DNA from: Octopus vulgaris
Taxonomy: Eukaryota
Reading direction: 5' to 3'
Length of the DNA stretch: 64,000 nt
NCBI GenBank assembly: GCA_951406725.2
Contig: OX597822.1
Coordinates: 4,898,001-4,962,000 of the forward strand
The notes beneath the pieces were generated by a model, which worked only from the letters and a program-made list of their open reading frames with translations, was not told the origin of the DNA and did not search any database. Both the position numbers and the translations under genes were made by a program. Below, piece by piece: positions 30,789-42,018 of the stretch; the first letter of the stretch is position 1; the number at the start of each line of letters is the position of its first letter.

Positions 30789-31429
30789 TGTATATTTCAA
30801 TTGTTAATATCTCACCTCTCCCTCTAACTATATTTTACACACACAAACACACAAATTAGATACACATATACATGTATATATACACACATTTCTTTATATG
30901 TGTGTGTATACACACATATACATATATAAACAGAAATTTTTCAGACAAGGTCTGCAAACATTAAGTTTCTTAATCCATTTTAGCATGATGAAGTCAAAGG
31001 ACCTGCATATGATGAAATCTTCAAATCAATCACATAATTATTATAATTTCAATTTAAGCATCCTTATTGTTTATTGTCATATAATTTTATATATATGCCT
31101 TTCATTATTTGATTATACATCTGTGCACATGTGTATATGTGTGTGTGCATATATGCATGCATGAGTATAGATAGATATAGATATATATATATAGATATTA
31201 AATTAGTGCTTATGATGTCTTATATCATTTATATGTAAAATAGAGCTTCTATCGGCTTTGGTTGATGAGGATTCTAGTTATTCAATTATCTGAACTGCCT
31301 GCTTATTGAATTATACAGTAAGTGGTTGAGCATTCCATTGACAAATGTACCTCTTATGTAATTCTTGGGCAGAATCAATGTGATGAAAAATATGATAATG
31401 TTGGATTTTTAATTACACGTACACACAAA

Positions 31430-31643
31430 GGCAGGGAATTGGCAGAATCGTTATCATACTGGGCAAAATGATTAGCAGCATTTCATTTATCTTTACACTC
31501 TGAGTCCAAACTCTTTTGAGCTTGACTTTACGTTTCATCCCTTTGGAGTTAATATAAAATAAGTACAAGATGAGCATTGAGGTTGATGGAGTTGACTTAC
31601 TCCTGCTCCCAAAACTTCTGGCCTTGTGCCAAGATTTGAAACC
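31430..31643 (+). mobile_element. SINE family B (tRNA-like head, Deu/Nin-like central motif)
   Basis: tggcagaatcgtta head, tttcatccctttggagtt...aagtac motif, gccttgtgcc tail. Homologous to 48632-48842. Confidence 0.8.
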
Positions 31644-31681
31644 CGTAACAAGTACACTTCATGGGGTGGGCTTCCACCCTG

Positions 31682-32611
31682 CTGCTCCTACCCTGCTGGC
31701 AACAAAGGCTTCTCTCTCAGAGTGAAAGGCAGATTGTTTGATGCCAGTGTATGAACAGCTATGCTGCATGGCAGTGAAGCATGAGCTCTAACAGCTGAGG
31801 ACATGCATAGGCTTGAGAGAAATGAAGCCAGTGTGCTTTGCTGGATGTGCAATGTCAGTGTGCATGTTTGACAGAGTGTAAGCATCTTGAGAGAACAGTT
31901 AGGCATAAGAGGAATCAGATGTTGTGTGCAAGAGAGACAACTGCACTGGTATGGTCATATGATGTGTATGGATGACGACAGCTGTGTAAAGAAGTGCCAA
32001 TCTCTAACTGAGAGAACCTGTGGCAGAGGTAGACCTAAGATGACATGGGACGAGGTGGTGAAGCATGATCTTTGAACTTTGAACCTCACAGAGGCAATGA
32101 CTAATGACCAAGATCTTTGGTAACATGCTCTGCTTAAGAGGAACCATCAAGCCAAGTTCACCTGTGCTGGTGGCACCTAAAAATAACAATTTTTGAATGT
32201 TGGGCTTCATAGAGGCAAGGTGGCTGAGTTCCTTTCAAGTGGTCCTCATGGAGGTGAGGTGGCTAAGTTCCTTTTGTGTGTTGGGTCTCATGGAGACAAA
32301 GTGGCTGAGTTCCTTTTGAGTGTTGGGCCTCATGAAGGCAATGTCTGAGACCTTTGGCATTATGTCATGCTTGAGAAGAAGACCCATCAAGCTGAATAAA
32401 ATTGCAGCTGTAGCAGATACTAGTGTCATGCAAATGGCACATAAAAGCACCCATTACACTCTTGAAGCAGTTGGCGTTAGGAAGGGCATCCAGCTGTAAA
32501 AAACCATGTCAAATCAGACTGGAGCCTGGTGCAGCCTTCCAGCATGCCAACCTAGTCAAACCATCCAATCCATGCCAGCATGGATAACAGACATTAAATG
32601 ATGATGATGAT
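31682..32611 (+). mobile_element. RTE LINE 3' fragment (degenerate ORF C-terminus, 3'UTR with about 42-bp repeats, tail)
   Basis: LREQLGIRGIRCCVQERQLHWYGH...GRGRPKMTWDEVVKHDL, then terminal module and (ATG)n. Confidence 0.92.
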
Positions 32612-33034
32612 ATTCGTCTTATCAATATTTGCATGGAAAATAAACAGGAACGCAAATGAATACACGCGCGCGTGCACACACACGCACACACCTATCTATT
32701 TATCTATTGTGTAGCTAGATAGCTGTTTCCTCTTGAGGCACATTATTACAATCCAAGTCTCAGTTGCTGCTGTATGTTAGTTGAAAATACATATTAAAAT
32801 TGAGAATTATGGAAATATTATTTGTAGAATTATTGTATAACAAAACAAGTAATTGGAAATTGTTTGGTATCATCTATTCCTCATTATCTGAAGAATTTCT
32901 AATAAATTCCTTACATGTTTATCTAACATGTAAAACTTTGTAATTCCTATCAGCAAAAGAAACACATGTAATGGTGAATAAATAATACCAAAAGATTTCC
33001 AATATCCTGTTTTGTTATTTATCTATGTATCTAC

Positions 33035-33114
<80 letters not shown>

Positions 33115-33303
33115 CATTATATATAAGGGCTTAGTAAAATAAATTACTTTGCCACATACTGAACTCATTAGAAATAGCAGCTAAAGAAATTTCTTCAGCT
33201 ATTTCTAATACTTAAAGAAGATCTCTCTCAGATAGTGTTTGCCTAAACCAACTCACAAAGGTATGGGGGAAAAAACATTAAAAAATCAAGTGCAAAGGTT
33301 ATT

Positions 33304-33355
33304 TGAGAACGTACGTTTCTAGATTAGTCAATTCGACATTTCTTTCGTCAGCTCA
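33304..33355 (-). ncRNA. Type I hammerhead ribozyme motif (inverted copy)
   Basis: Minus strand: tgag CTGACGA a aga aat gtcg aat tgac taa tct a GAAA cgtacg TT ctca. Confidence 0.7.
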
Positions 33356-33796
33356 GAATTCCTTGAATCGGATTTGGGAACAATTATTAATCAATTTCAC
33401 CAAGTATTCAGTATGTAAAGGGACCATTTTAGGCGAATTCAAAATATTACATTATATATAAGGGCTTAGTAAAATAAATTACTTTGCCACATACTGAACT
33501 CATTAGAAATAGCAGCTAAAGAAATTTCTTCAGCTATTTCTAATACTTAATTAATTTTACCCTCAATTGTTGAAATTATAATTCATCTTTCTCTGTTAAA
33601 TGCTGCGGTTTTCACCGTTAATACATGGTGTTTGTCAATTTTAACCCACGCTGGTGGAAAGGGGAGAGCAGAAATTCTTCGCTTGCATATTCGAATTTGG
33701 TAGCACTTTTAGTTCGAGCAGAATTCTAGAAGTGATAAGAAGCCGAAAGGGTATGCTCCCAACTTTCAGTGTTCCCAAATCCGATTCAAGGAATTC

Positions 33797-33848
33797 TGAG
33801 CTGACGAAAGAAATGTTGAATTGACTAATCTAGAAACGTACGTTCTCA
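33797..33848 (+). ncRNA. Type I hammerhead ribozyme motif
   Basis: Stem I tgag/ctca (extendable by att/aat and aagg/cctt), CUGACGA at 33801-33807, stem II aga..gttg/tgac..tct, GAAA at 33833-33836, palindromic stem III ACGTACGT, predicted cleavage after GUU at 33844. The 10.1-11.1 position is an A.A mismatch. Confidence 0.7.
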
Positions 33849-34129
33849 AATAACCTTTGCACTTGATTTTTTAATGTTTTTTCCCCCATACCTTTGTGAG
33901 TTGGTTTAGGCAAACACTATCTGAGAGAGATCTTCTTTAAGTATTAGAAATAGCTGAAGAAATTTCTTTAGCTGCTATTTCTAATGAGTTCAGTATGTGG
34001 CAAAGTAATTTATTTTACTAAGCCCTTATATATAATGTAATATTTTGAATTCGCCTAAAATGGTCCCTTTACATACTGAATACTTGGTGAAATTGATTAA
34101 TAATTAATTAATTTTACCCTCAATTGTTG

Positions 34130-34178
<49 letters not shown>

Positions 34179-34851
34179 TTGTACTTTTGCATATATACAC
34201 AAAATACATGTATGTATGTTTGCATTTTTGTAGAGATGTGTGAATGATGAATGTATGTGCAAGAGGAAGAGAAGAGGGAGAAAGAGAGAGAGTATGTGTG
34301 TGTGTGTGTGTGTGTGTGCATGAGTGTTTGCCTGTGTATAAACAAACGAATGTAAAATAAAAAAGAAAATGAAAAAACATCATAAAAATGAGTATCATAG
34401 AATAAATACAGATTTTGTTTTGCATTATCCTTCATTTTTAAATAACTGACAATATATAATTTCCTTCATCATCCAAAAATGGGTCATGATTTTCTTAGAA
34501 AGAGAAGCCTGAGCTAATTCGGAGAAAAAAAAAAAAGCCTGTCATATGAAGGAAGATTGATGGAGGATCTGATTATTTTTACATTATCTTCCATTAGATA
34601 ATCATCTTCAAAATGCTAGAGATTATTAAGGCAAAAATCAACGTGTCTTTATCTTGATCACATAGAGATGATGAATATAATGCATATGCATGTGTAGGTT
34701 GTGCATGTTCATCTACATACACACACACATTCACATAAATATGTATCTGTTTGTGTATACGCAAAGTAATGAACTAGAAATTGAGTGATCAACACCATAT
34801 TGATGGATGGATAACTTTTTTAGTAGCTAAGTGCTGTTTATATATATATAT

Positions 34852-35162
34852 ATCATCATCATCATCATCATCATCATTTAGCGTCCGCTTTCCATGCTAG
34901 CATGGGTTGGACGGTTCAACTGGGGTCTGTGAAGCCAGAAGGCTGCATCAGGCCCAGTCTGATCTGGCAGTGTTTCTACGGCTGGATGCCCTTCCTAACG
35001 CCAACCACTCCATGAGTGTAGTGGGTGCTTTTTACGTGCAACCATCACAGGTGCCAGACGGAGCTGGCAAACGTGCACGAACGGATGGTGCTACATGCCA
35101 CCGGCACGGGGGCCAGGCGAGGCTGGCAACAGCCACGAATGGATGGTGCTTTTTACGTGCCA
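34852..35162 (-). mobile_element. RTE 3'-end fragment
   Basis: (CAT)n tail, ccatgctagcatgg hairpin, 3'UTR subrepeats. Confidence 0.9.
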
Positions 35163-35231
35163 TATGTGTATGTATAAATATATTATCATCTTACAATGTA
35201 TATATATATGTGTGTGTGTGTATGTGTGTAT

Positions 35232-35630
35232 GCACAGGCATGGCTGTGTGCTAAGAAGCTTGCTCCCAAATCACATGGTTCAAGTCTCAGTCTCACTGCA
35301 AAGCACCTTGAGCAAGTGTCTTCTACTATAGCTTTGGACTGTTACCTTGTGAGTGGATTTGGTAAATGGAAACAGAAAGAGGCTTTTTGTACACATACAC
35401 AAATATATATCTATGTATGTGTGTCTTTGTCTGTCCTATGCCACTGCTTGACAACCGGTATTGATGTGTTTATGTCCTCATAACTTAGAGGTTTGGCAAA
35501 AGATTCTGATAGAGTAAGTACTAGGCTTAAAAAAAAAAAATTAAACCCTGGGATCGATTTGTTTGACAAAATCGCTTCAAGGTTGTGCACCAGCACAGTT
35601 GTAGTCTAATGAATGAAACAAGCAAAAGAT
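35232..35630 (+). mobile_element. SINE family A
   Basis: Colinear with 13527-13940. Confidence 0.87.
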
Positions 35631-35695
35631 AATATATATATATATATAGCATAATAATAATATGTAATGTAATATAATATATAGCATATAATATA

Positions 35696-35728
<33 letters not shown>

Positions 35729-35753
35729 CATATAATATGATATAATATAACAA

Positions 35754-35793
<40 letters not shown>

Positions 35794-35800
<7 letters not shown>

Positions 35801-35857
35801 GCCATTAAATGCCTTCCATCCGGCCCTTACTCTGGAAGGCGTTTAATGGCATAATAT
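35794..35857. repeat. 64-bp inverted repeat (25-bp arms), mini-MITE-like, in (TA)n
   Basis: atattatgccattaaatgccttcca - 14-nt loop - tggaaggcgtttaatggcataatat, with one T.G pair. Confidence 0.85.
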
Positions 35858-36029
35858 TATATATATATCATCATCATCATCATCATCATTTAACGTCCGC
35901 TTTCCATGCTAGCATGGGTTGGACGGTTCAACTGGGGTCTGGGGAGCCCGAAAGCTGCACCAGTCCAGTCAGATCTGGCAGTGTTTCTACAGCTGGATGC
36001 CCTTCCTAACGCCAACCACTCCGAGAGTG

Positions 36030-37463
36030 TAGTGGGTGATTTTATGTGCCACCGACACAGGTGCCAGACGAGGCTGGCAAACGGCCACGCTCGGATGGTG
36101 TTTTTTATGTGCCACCGACACAGGTGCCAGACGAGGCTGGCAGACAGCCACGCTCGGATGGTGTTTTTATGTGCCACCGACACAGGTGCCAGATGAGGCT
36201 GGCAAACGGCCACGATCGGATGGTGTTTGTTACGTGCCCACAGCACGGAGGCCAGTCGATGCGGTACTGGCTACGGCCACGTTTCGGATGGTTTTCTTGT
36301 GTGCCACGTGCCACCGGCACTGGTACCACAAAGATACAAATTCCATTGATGTTCATCTATTTTGATTTGTTTTGATTTTCACTTGCCTCAACAGGTCTTC
36401 ACAAGTGTCACAAGAAGGAAGGTATGCACAGGTGGACTGACTACGTCCCAGGTAGGGGCCACAGGTTATGGCCTGACTAGTCTTGCCGGGTCTTCGGATG
36501 GTGTTTTTATGTGCCACCGACACAGGTGCCAGATGAGGCTGGCGAACGGCCACGATCGGATGGTGTTTGTTACGTGCCCACAGCACGGAGGCAGTCGATG
36601 CGGTACTGGCTACGGCCACGTTCGGATGGTCTCTTGTGTGCCACCAGCACTGGTACCACAAAGATACAAATTCCATTGATGTTCATCTATTTTGATTTGT
36701 TTTGATTTGATTTGATTTGATTTGTTTTGATTTTCACTTGCCTCAACAGGCCTTCACAAGTATCACAAGGAGGAAGGTATGCACAGGTGGACTGACTACG
36801 TCCCAGGTAGGGGCCATGGGATATGGCCTGACAAGTCTTGCCGGGTCTTCGGATGGTGTTTTTATGTGCCACCGACACAGGTGCTAGATGAGGCTGGCGA
36901 ACGGCCACGATCGGATGGTGTTTGTTATGTGCCCACAGCACGATGGCCAGTCGATGCGGTACTGACTACGGCCACGTTCGGATGGATTTCTTGTGTGCCA
37001 CCGGCACTGGTACCACAAAGATACAAATTCCATTGATGTTCATCTATTTTGATTTGTTTTGATTTTCACTTGTCTCAACAGGTCTTCACAAGTGTCACAA
37101 GAAGGAAGGTATGTACAGGTGGACTGACTACGTCCCAGGTAGGGGCCACGGGTTATGACCTGACTAGTCTTGCCGGGTCTTCGGATGGTGTTTTTATGTG
37201 CCACCATGTTCCCACAGCACGGAGGCCAGTCGATGCGGTACTGGCTACGGCCACGTTCGGATGGTTTTCTTGTGTGCCACAGGCACTGGTACCACAAAGA
37301 TACAAATTCCATTGATGTTCATCTATTTTGATTTGTTTTGATTGATTTTCACTTGCCTCAGCAGGTCTTCACAAGTGTCACAAGAAGGAAGGTATGCGCA
37401 GGTGGATCGACTACGTCCCAGGTAGGGGCCACGGGATATGGCCTGACTAGTCCTGCCGGGTCC
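36030..37463 (-). repeat. Tandemly amplified 3'UTR of the RTE: four 280-360-bp units plus about 61-bp subunits
   Basis: ctggtaccacaaagatacaaattccattgatgttcatctattttg recurs at about 36320, 36650, 37007 and 37286. The atgtgccaccgacacaggtgccaga unit occurs three times at 36044-36230. Confidence 0.93.
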
Positions 37464-40218
37464 TCTCATGCACAGCACACTTCCATGGGACTCGGTCTTC
37501 AGTCATTTCCTTGGTGAGACCTAAAGTTCGAAGGTCGTGCTTCACCACCTCGTCCCAGGTTTTCCTGGGTCTACCTCTTCCACAGGTTCCCTCAACTGCA
37601 AGGGTGTAGCACTTTTGCACACAACTATCTTCAGCCATTCTCGTCACATGACCATACCAGCACAGCCGTCTCTCTTGCACACCACAACTGACACTTCTTA
37701 GGTTCAACTTTTCTCTCAAAGTACTTACACTCAGACGATTATGAACACTGACATTACACATCCATCGGAGCATACTGGCTTCATTTTTGCGAGCTTACGC
37801 ATATCCTCAGCAGTCACGGCCCATGTTTCACTACCATGTAGCATGGCTGTACGTACACACGCATCATATAGTCTGCCTTTTACTCTTAGCGAGAGGCCTT
37901 TTGTCACCAGCAGGGGTAAGAGTTCTCTAAACTTTGCCCAGGCTATTCTTACTCTAGCAGTTACACTTTCAGCACCCACCCCCGCTACTGACTTGGTCTC
38001 CTAGGTAGCGGAAGCTATCAACTACTTCTAGTTTGTCTCCCTGGAACGTGGTAGAAGTTGGTCTCTGCACATTTCCAGTGTTTATTGCTCCTGAGCATCT
38101 GCCACAGACAAAAACTATTTTCTTAGTTAGCCTTCCTTTGACATTGCTGCACCTCTTATGTGTCCATAGCTTACACTTGGTGCACCTTATAGAGTTTCTA
38201 CCTACACCTTTTTTACAGATCGAGCAGGGCCATCTACCTGAAGTCGTTTGTGATTGGTCCACCTTCCTACTTATTAGGACTTTGGTTTTGGCTAGGTTGA
38301 TTCTAAGGCCCTTCGATTCTAATCCTTGTTTCCACACCTGAAACTTCTCCTCCAGTTCTGATAGTGACTCAGCAATTAGAGCAAGGTCATCAGCACAGAG
38401 GAGCTCCCAGGGGCATCCTGTCTTGAATTCCTCCGTTATTGCCTGGAGGACTATGATAAATAGGAGGGGACTGAGGACTGAACCTTGGTGGACCCCAACC
38501 TCTACCCGGAATTCTTCACTGTACTCGTTGCCAACCCTCACCTTACTAGCAGCGTCTCTGTACATGGCTCGCACAGCTCTCACTAACCATTCATCTATCC
38601 CTAGTTTCCTCATTGACCACCAGATAAGGGATCGGGGGACCCTGTCAAAGGCTTTCTCCAAGTCAACAAAAGCCAGATACAAAGGCTTATCTTTGGCTAG
38701 GTATTTCTCCTGCAGCTGTCTTACCAGGAATATAGCATTAGTAGTACTTTTCCCTGGCACGAACCCAAACTGCATATCATCTAAGCTAACTCTCTCTCTA
38801 ATTAATTGGGCTATAACCCTCTCCGTAACCTTCATTACCTGATCCAGCAGCTTGATGCCCCTGTAGTTATTTGTATCTAGGGCGTCGCCTTTACCTTTGT
38901 AGCAGTTGACTATTATGCTGCTACACCAGTCATTGGGTATGACTCCTTCGTGTATCACCTGGTTTACTATACGGGTGACTAAGCTATAGCCGACACTACC
39001 AGATATTTTGAGCATCTCTGCAGTAATTCCTGATGGGCCTGGGGCTTTCCCTGTTTTCATGCTTCTAATTGCCTTATCTACTAAGGAATTGTTAACTCGG
39101 ATTGCTGGTCCCTCTGTTGGGTCGACATTCGGGAGACTCTCTTTATCCCATTCATTTTCCTCATTCAGCAACCTTTCATAGTGGCGTCTCCAAGCCTCTC
39201 TCTTTGCATCCTCATTTAGCGCAAGTGAACCATCATCCTTGCGAACACATTTCTCTCCTACCACGTCATGATTCTCTCTCACACACTGTCTTGCAACACG
39301 AAATACCTCAAGTCTTTCATCCTCACGGCGCAGGACATTGGCAAATTTTTCTTTATCTGCCTCCCCTCTGGCTAGATAGACCTGTCTCCTAGCTTCCCTT
39401 CTGGCAGTCTGATACACTTCCCTGCTACCACCGTTCTTCCAGGCCTTCCAAGCCTGTTTCTTTTGTCTAATAGCCCTGTCAACAATATTGTTCCACCACC
39501 ACGTTATTTTGGGTCTTAAGGGGACTTTGCACCAGCCACAGATCTGGTCAGCGGCTTTCAGCAGGTTGTCCCTCAGAAACGTCCAGTTGTCTTCTACCCC
39601 ATGCGTAGCTATACCCCCTTCCACTTCGTCAAAGGCTTCAAGTAACATATCTCTAAATCTCTGTCCATTCGCAGGGTCTTTTAGCTTCCAGACCCTTCTT
39701 CTCCATGTTGGTCGTCTTCTAGTCGCCCTCTTAGTCCTGATCCTAAAGTCACTAACTACCAGTCTATGTTGTGGGGTGCATTCTTCGCCTGGGAAGGTTT
39801 TGGCATTTATAAGCAGCCATCTTTCCCTTTTTCTGGCAAGGATGTAGTCAATCTGGCTGGTGTGTCTGCCAGAACGGTAGGTGACTAGGTGAGAGGTGGG
39901 TTTCCTGAAGTTGGTATTGCAGACCATAAGGTCATTTGCATCGCAGAACTCCAACAGCCTGGTTCCCTCCTCGTTGCGGGAACCATAACCATAGCCTCCA
40001 TGTACGCCATGGAAGCCCCCAGCATGTCGTCCAACATGCCCATTGAAATCACCAGCCACAAAGAGAAGGTCCCTGTCGTTCGTCAATGAGGTGGTCTGCA
40101 GTAGGGTGTCATAGAAACTGTCTTTCTGTCCATCGGGTAGCCCTGGCTGAGGGGCATAGGCCGATATAATGGTTGCTAATCTATTATGAAGCACTATTCT
40201 AATCTTAAGTATTCTGTC
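37447..40218 (-). pseudogene. RTE ORF (APE-RT-PHD-C-term), disrupted
   Basis: Open from DRILKIR (40218) to SSGGGC. Frameshifts at about 37970 and 37785 join the track ORFs 37731-37979 and 37447-37773. YADD reads CADD at 38386-38397. N-terminus missing. Confidence 0.93.
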
Positions 40219-40249
<31 letters not shown>

Positions 40250-40251
40250 TA

Positions 40252-40521
40252 TATGTCATCACAGAATATACACGCAGTAAGTTTAGATGGGCTGGACACG
40301 TCGCCCAGCTCACTGATAATCGGTGGACCCATGCAGTTGTCGAGTGGTACCTGCGCAAGCGGAAATGACCACTCGGAAGGCCTCCACGATGGTGAAGTTA
40401 CGATTTCAGGAGGACGATTGGGATCACGTAGATAAGAAAGGCGCAATCCAGAGAGGAGTGGACAGCGTGCTGTGACCAGTGGTGTCAGATGGACGCCCGA
40501 CGGATTGGTTGGCCAAGGTGA
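40252..40521 (+). mobile_element. C-terminal fragment of a second RTE-clade family
   Basis: SKFRWAGHVAQLTDNRWTHAVVEWYLRKRK*PLGRPPRW, a typical RTE C-terminus (RWAGH...DNRW...GRP). Confidence 0.85.
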
Positions 40522-40594
40522 TATATATAATATTATATATTATATGCTATATATCATATTATATTATATTATATTACATATTATATACCATCAA

Positions 40595-41837
40595 ATGGTG
40601 CCTCTTATGTGCCACCGGCACGGAAGCCAGTTAGCTGCTCTGGCAATGATCACGCTTGGGTGGTGCTCTTAGCACTCCACTAGCATGGATCCCAGTTATC
40701 GAATTTGATTTCACTTGCCTGAACAGGTCTTCGCAAGCAGAGTTTAATGTCCAATGAACGAAAGGTATGCATCAGTGGGCTGGTTACACCCCTGGCATAG
40801 GCCACAAGGTTATGGCCTCACTTGGCTTGCTGGGTCTTCTCAAGCACAGCATATTTCCAAAAGTCTCGGTCACTAATCATTGCCTCGGTGAGGCCTAATG
40901 TTCAAAGGTCGTGCTTCACCACCTCATCCCAGGTCTTCCTGGGTCTACCTCTTCCACAGATTCCCTCAACTGCTAGGGTGTGGCACTTTTTCACATCCAT
41001 TCTCACTAAATGACCATACCAGTGCAGTTGTCTCTCTTCCACACCACATCTGATGATTCTTAGGTCCAACTTTTCTCTCAAGGCACTTACACTCTGTCGA
41101 GTATGCACACTGACATTACACATCCATTGGATCATACTGGCTTCATTCCTTGTGAGTTTATGCATGTCTTCAGTAGTCACGGCCCATGTTTCACTGCCAT
41201 GTAGCATGGCTGTTTGTACACATGCGTCATACAGTCTACCTTTCACTCTGAACGAGAGGCCCTATGTCATCAGCAGAGGTAAGAGATCTCTGAACTTTGC
41301 CCAGGCTATTCTTATTCTAGCAGTTTCCCTTTCAGTGCACCCCCCCCCCGCCCATGCTACTGACTTGGTCACCTAGGTAACGGAAGCTATCAACTACTTC
41401 TAGTTTTTCTCCCTGGAAAGTGGCGGAAGTTGGTCTCTGCACATTTTCAGTGTTTATTGCTCCTGAGCATCTGCCACATACAAAAACTATCTTCCCAGTT
41501 AGCCTTCCTTTGATATTGCTGCACCTCTTATATGTCCATAGTTTACACCAGGTATATCTTATAGAGTTTCTACCTACGCCTTTTCTACAGATCGAGCAGG
41601 GCCATCTACCTGAAGGGATTTGTGGTTCGCCTGCCTTCCTAGTTATTAGGACTTTCGTTTTAGCTAGGTTGATTCTAAGGCTCTTCGAGTGGTTGGCGTT
41701 AGGAAGGGCATCCAGCTGTAGAACCTCTGCCAGATCAGACTGGAGCCTGGCGCAGCCTCCTGGCTTCCCAGACCCCAGTCAAACCATCCAACCCATGCTA
41801 GCATGGAAAACGGACGTTAAACAATGATGATGATGAT
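40595..41837 (+). mobile_element. RTE insertion with 5' inversion
   Basis: 40595-41688 is antisense (3'UTR back to the PHD/RT region). About 41687-41837 is the sense terminal module with tail. Degenerate TSD atataccatcaa / atatacatatcaa. Confidence 0.85.
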
Positions 41838-42018
41838 ATATACATATCAACATATATAAAATATATACATATGAACATATATATATATGTACATATATAT
41901 ATGTACATATATGTATCTACATATATGTATCTACATATATATATATAAAACATATATATATCTACATATATATAAACATGTATATATATATGTGTGTGTG
42001 TGTGTATTATATATATGT

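Larger units (their letters stand above)
33114..34131 (+). mobile_element. Hammerhead-bearing non-autonomous retroelement (Penelope-like / retrozyme candidate) with inverted duplications, in (TA)n
   Basis: 33547-34131 is a 557-nt monomer with a 28-nt terminal redundancy (33547-33574 = 34104-34131). 33114-33382 is the reverse complement of 33770-34038, and 33382-33550 is the reverse complement of 33937-34105. (TA)n on both sides; no ORF. Confidence 0.75.
35868..40219 (-). mobile_element. RTE-clade non-LTR retrotransposon, 5'-truncated inside the endonuclease, young
   Basis: APE motifs (SAYAPQ, GDFNGHVG, SQIDYIL, QHRLVV), RT motifs (KAPGPSG, YRGIKLL, QFGF, FVDLEKAFDRV, GVHQGSVLSPLLF, CADD, FRYLG), RTE-type C-terminus (WYGHV...GRGRPRKTW), long 3'UTR, (ATG)n tail, TA-rich flanks. 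Confidence 0.97.

Noticed and set aside
36030-37463. Repeat array superficially like a CRISPR
   Set aside because: Units are wholly homologous with no unique spacers, lie in a LINE 3'UTR, and there are no cas genes.
40219-40446. N-terminal extension of the 825-aa ORF (MRLSYLRD...IYIYIY)
   Set aside because: It reads through a (TA)n tract and the antisense of a separate RTE fragment. The LINE itself is truncated at about 40219.
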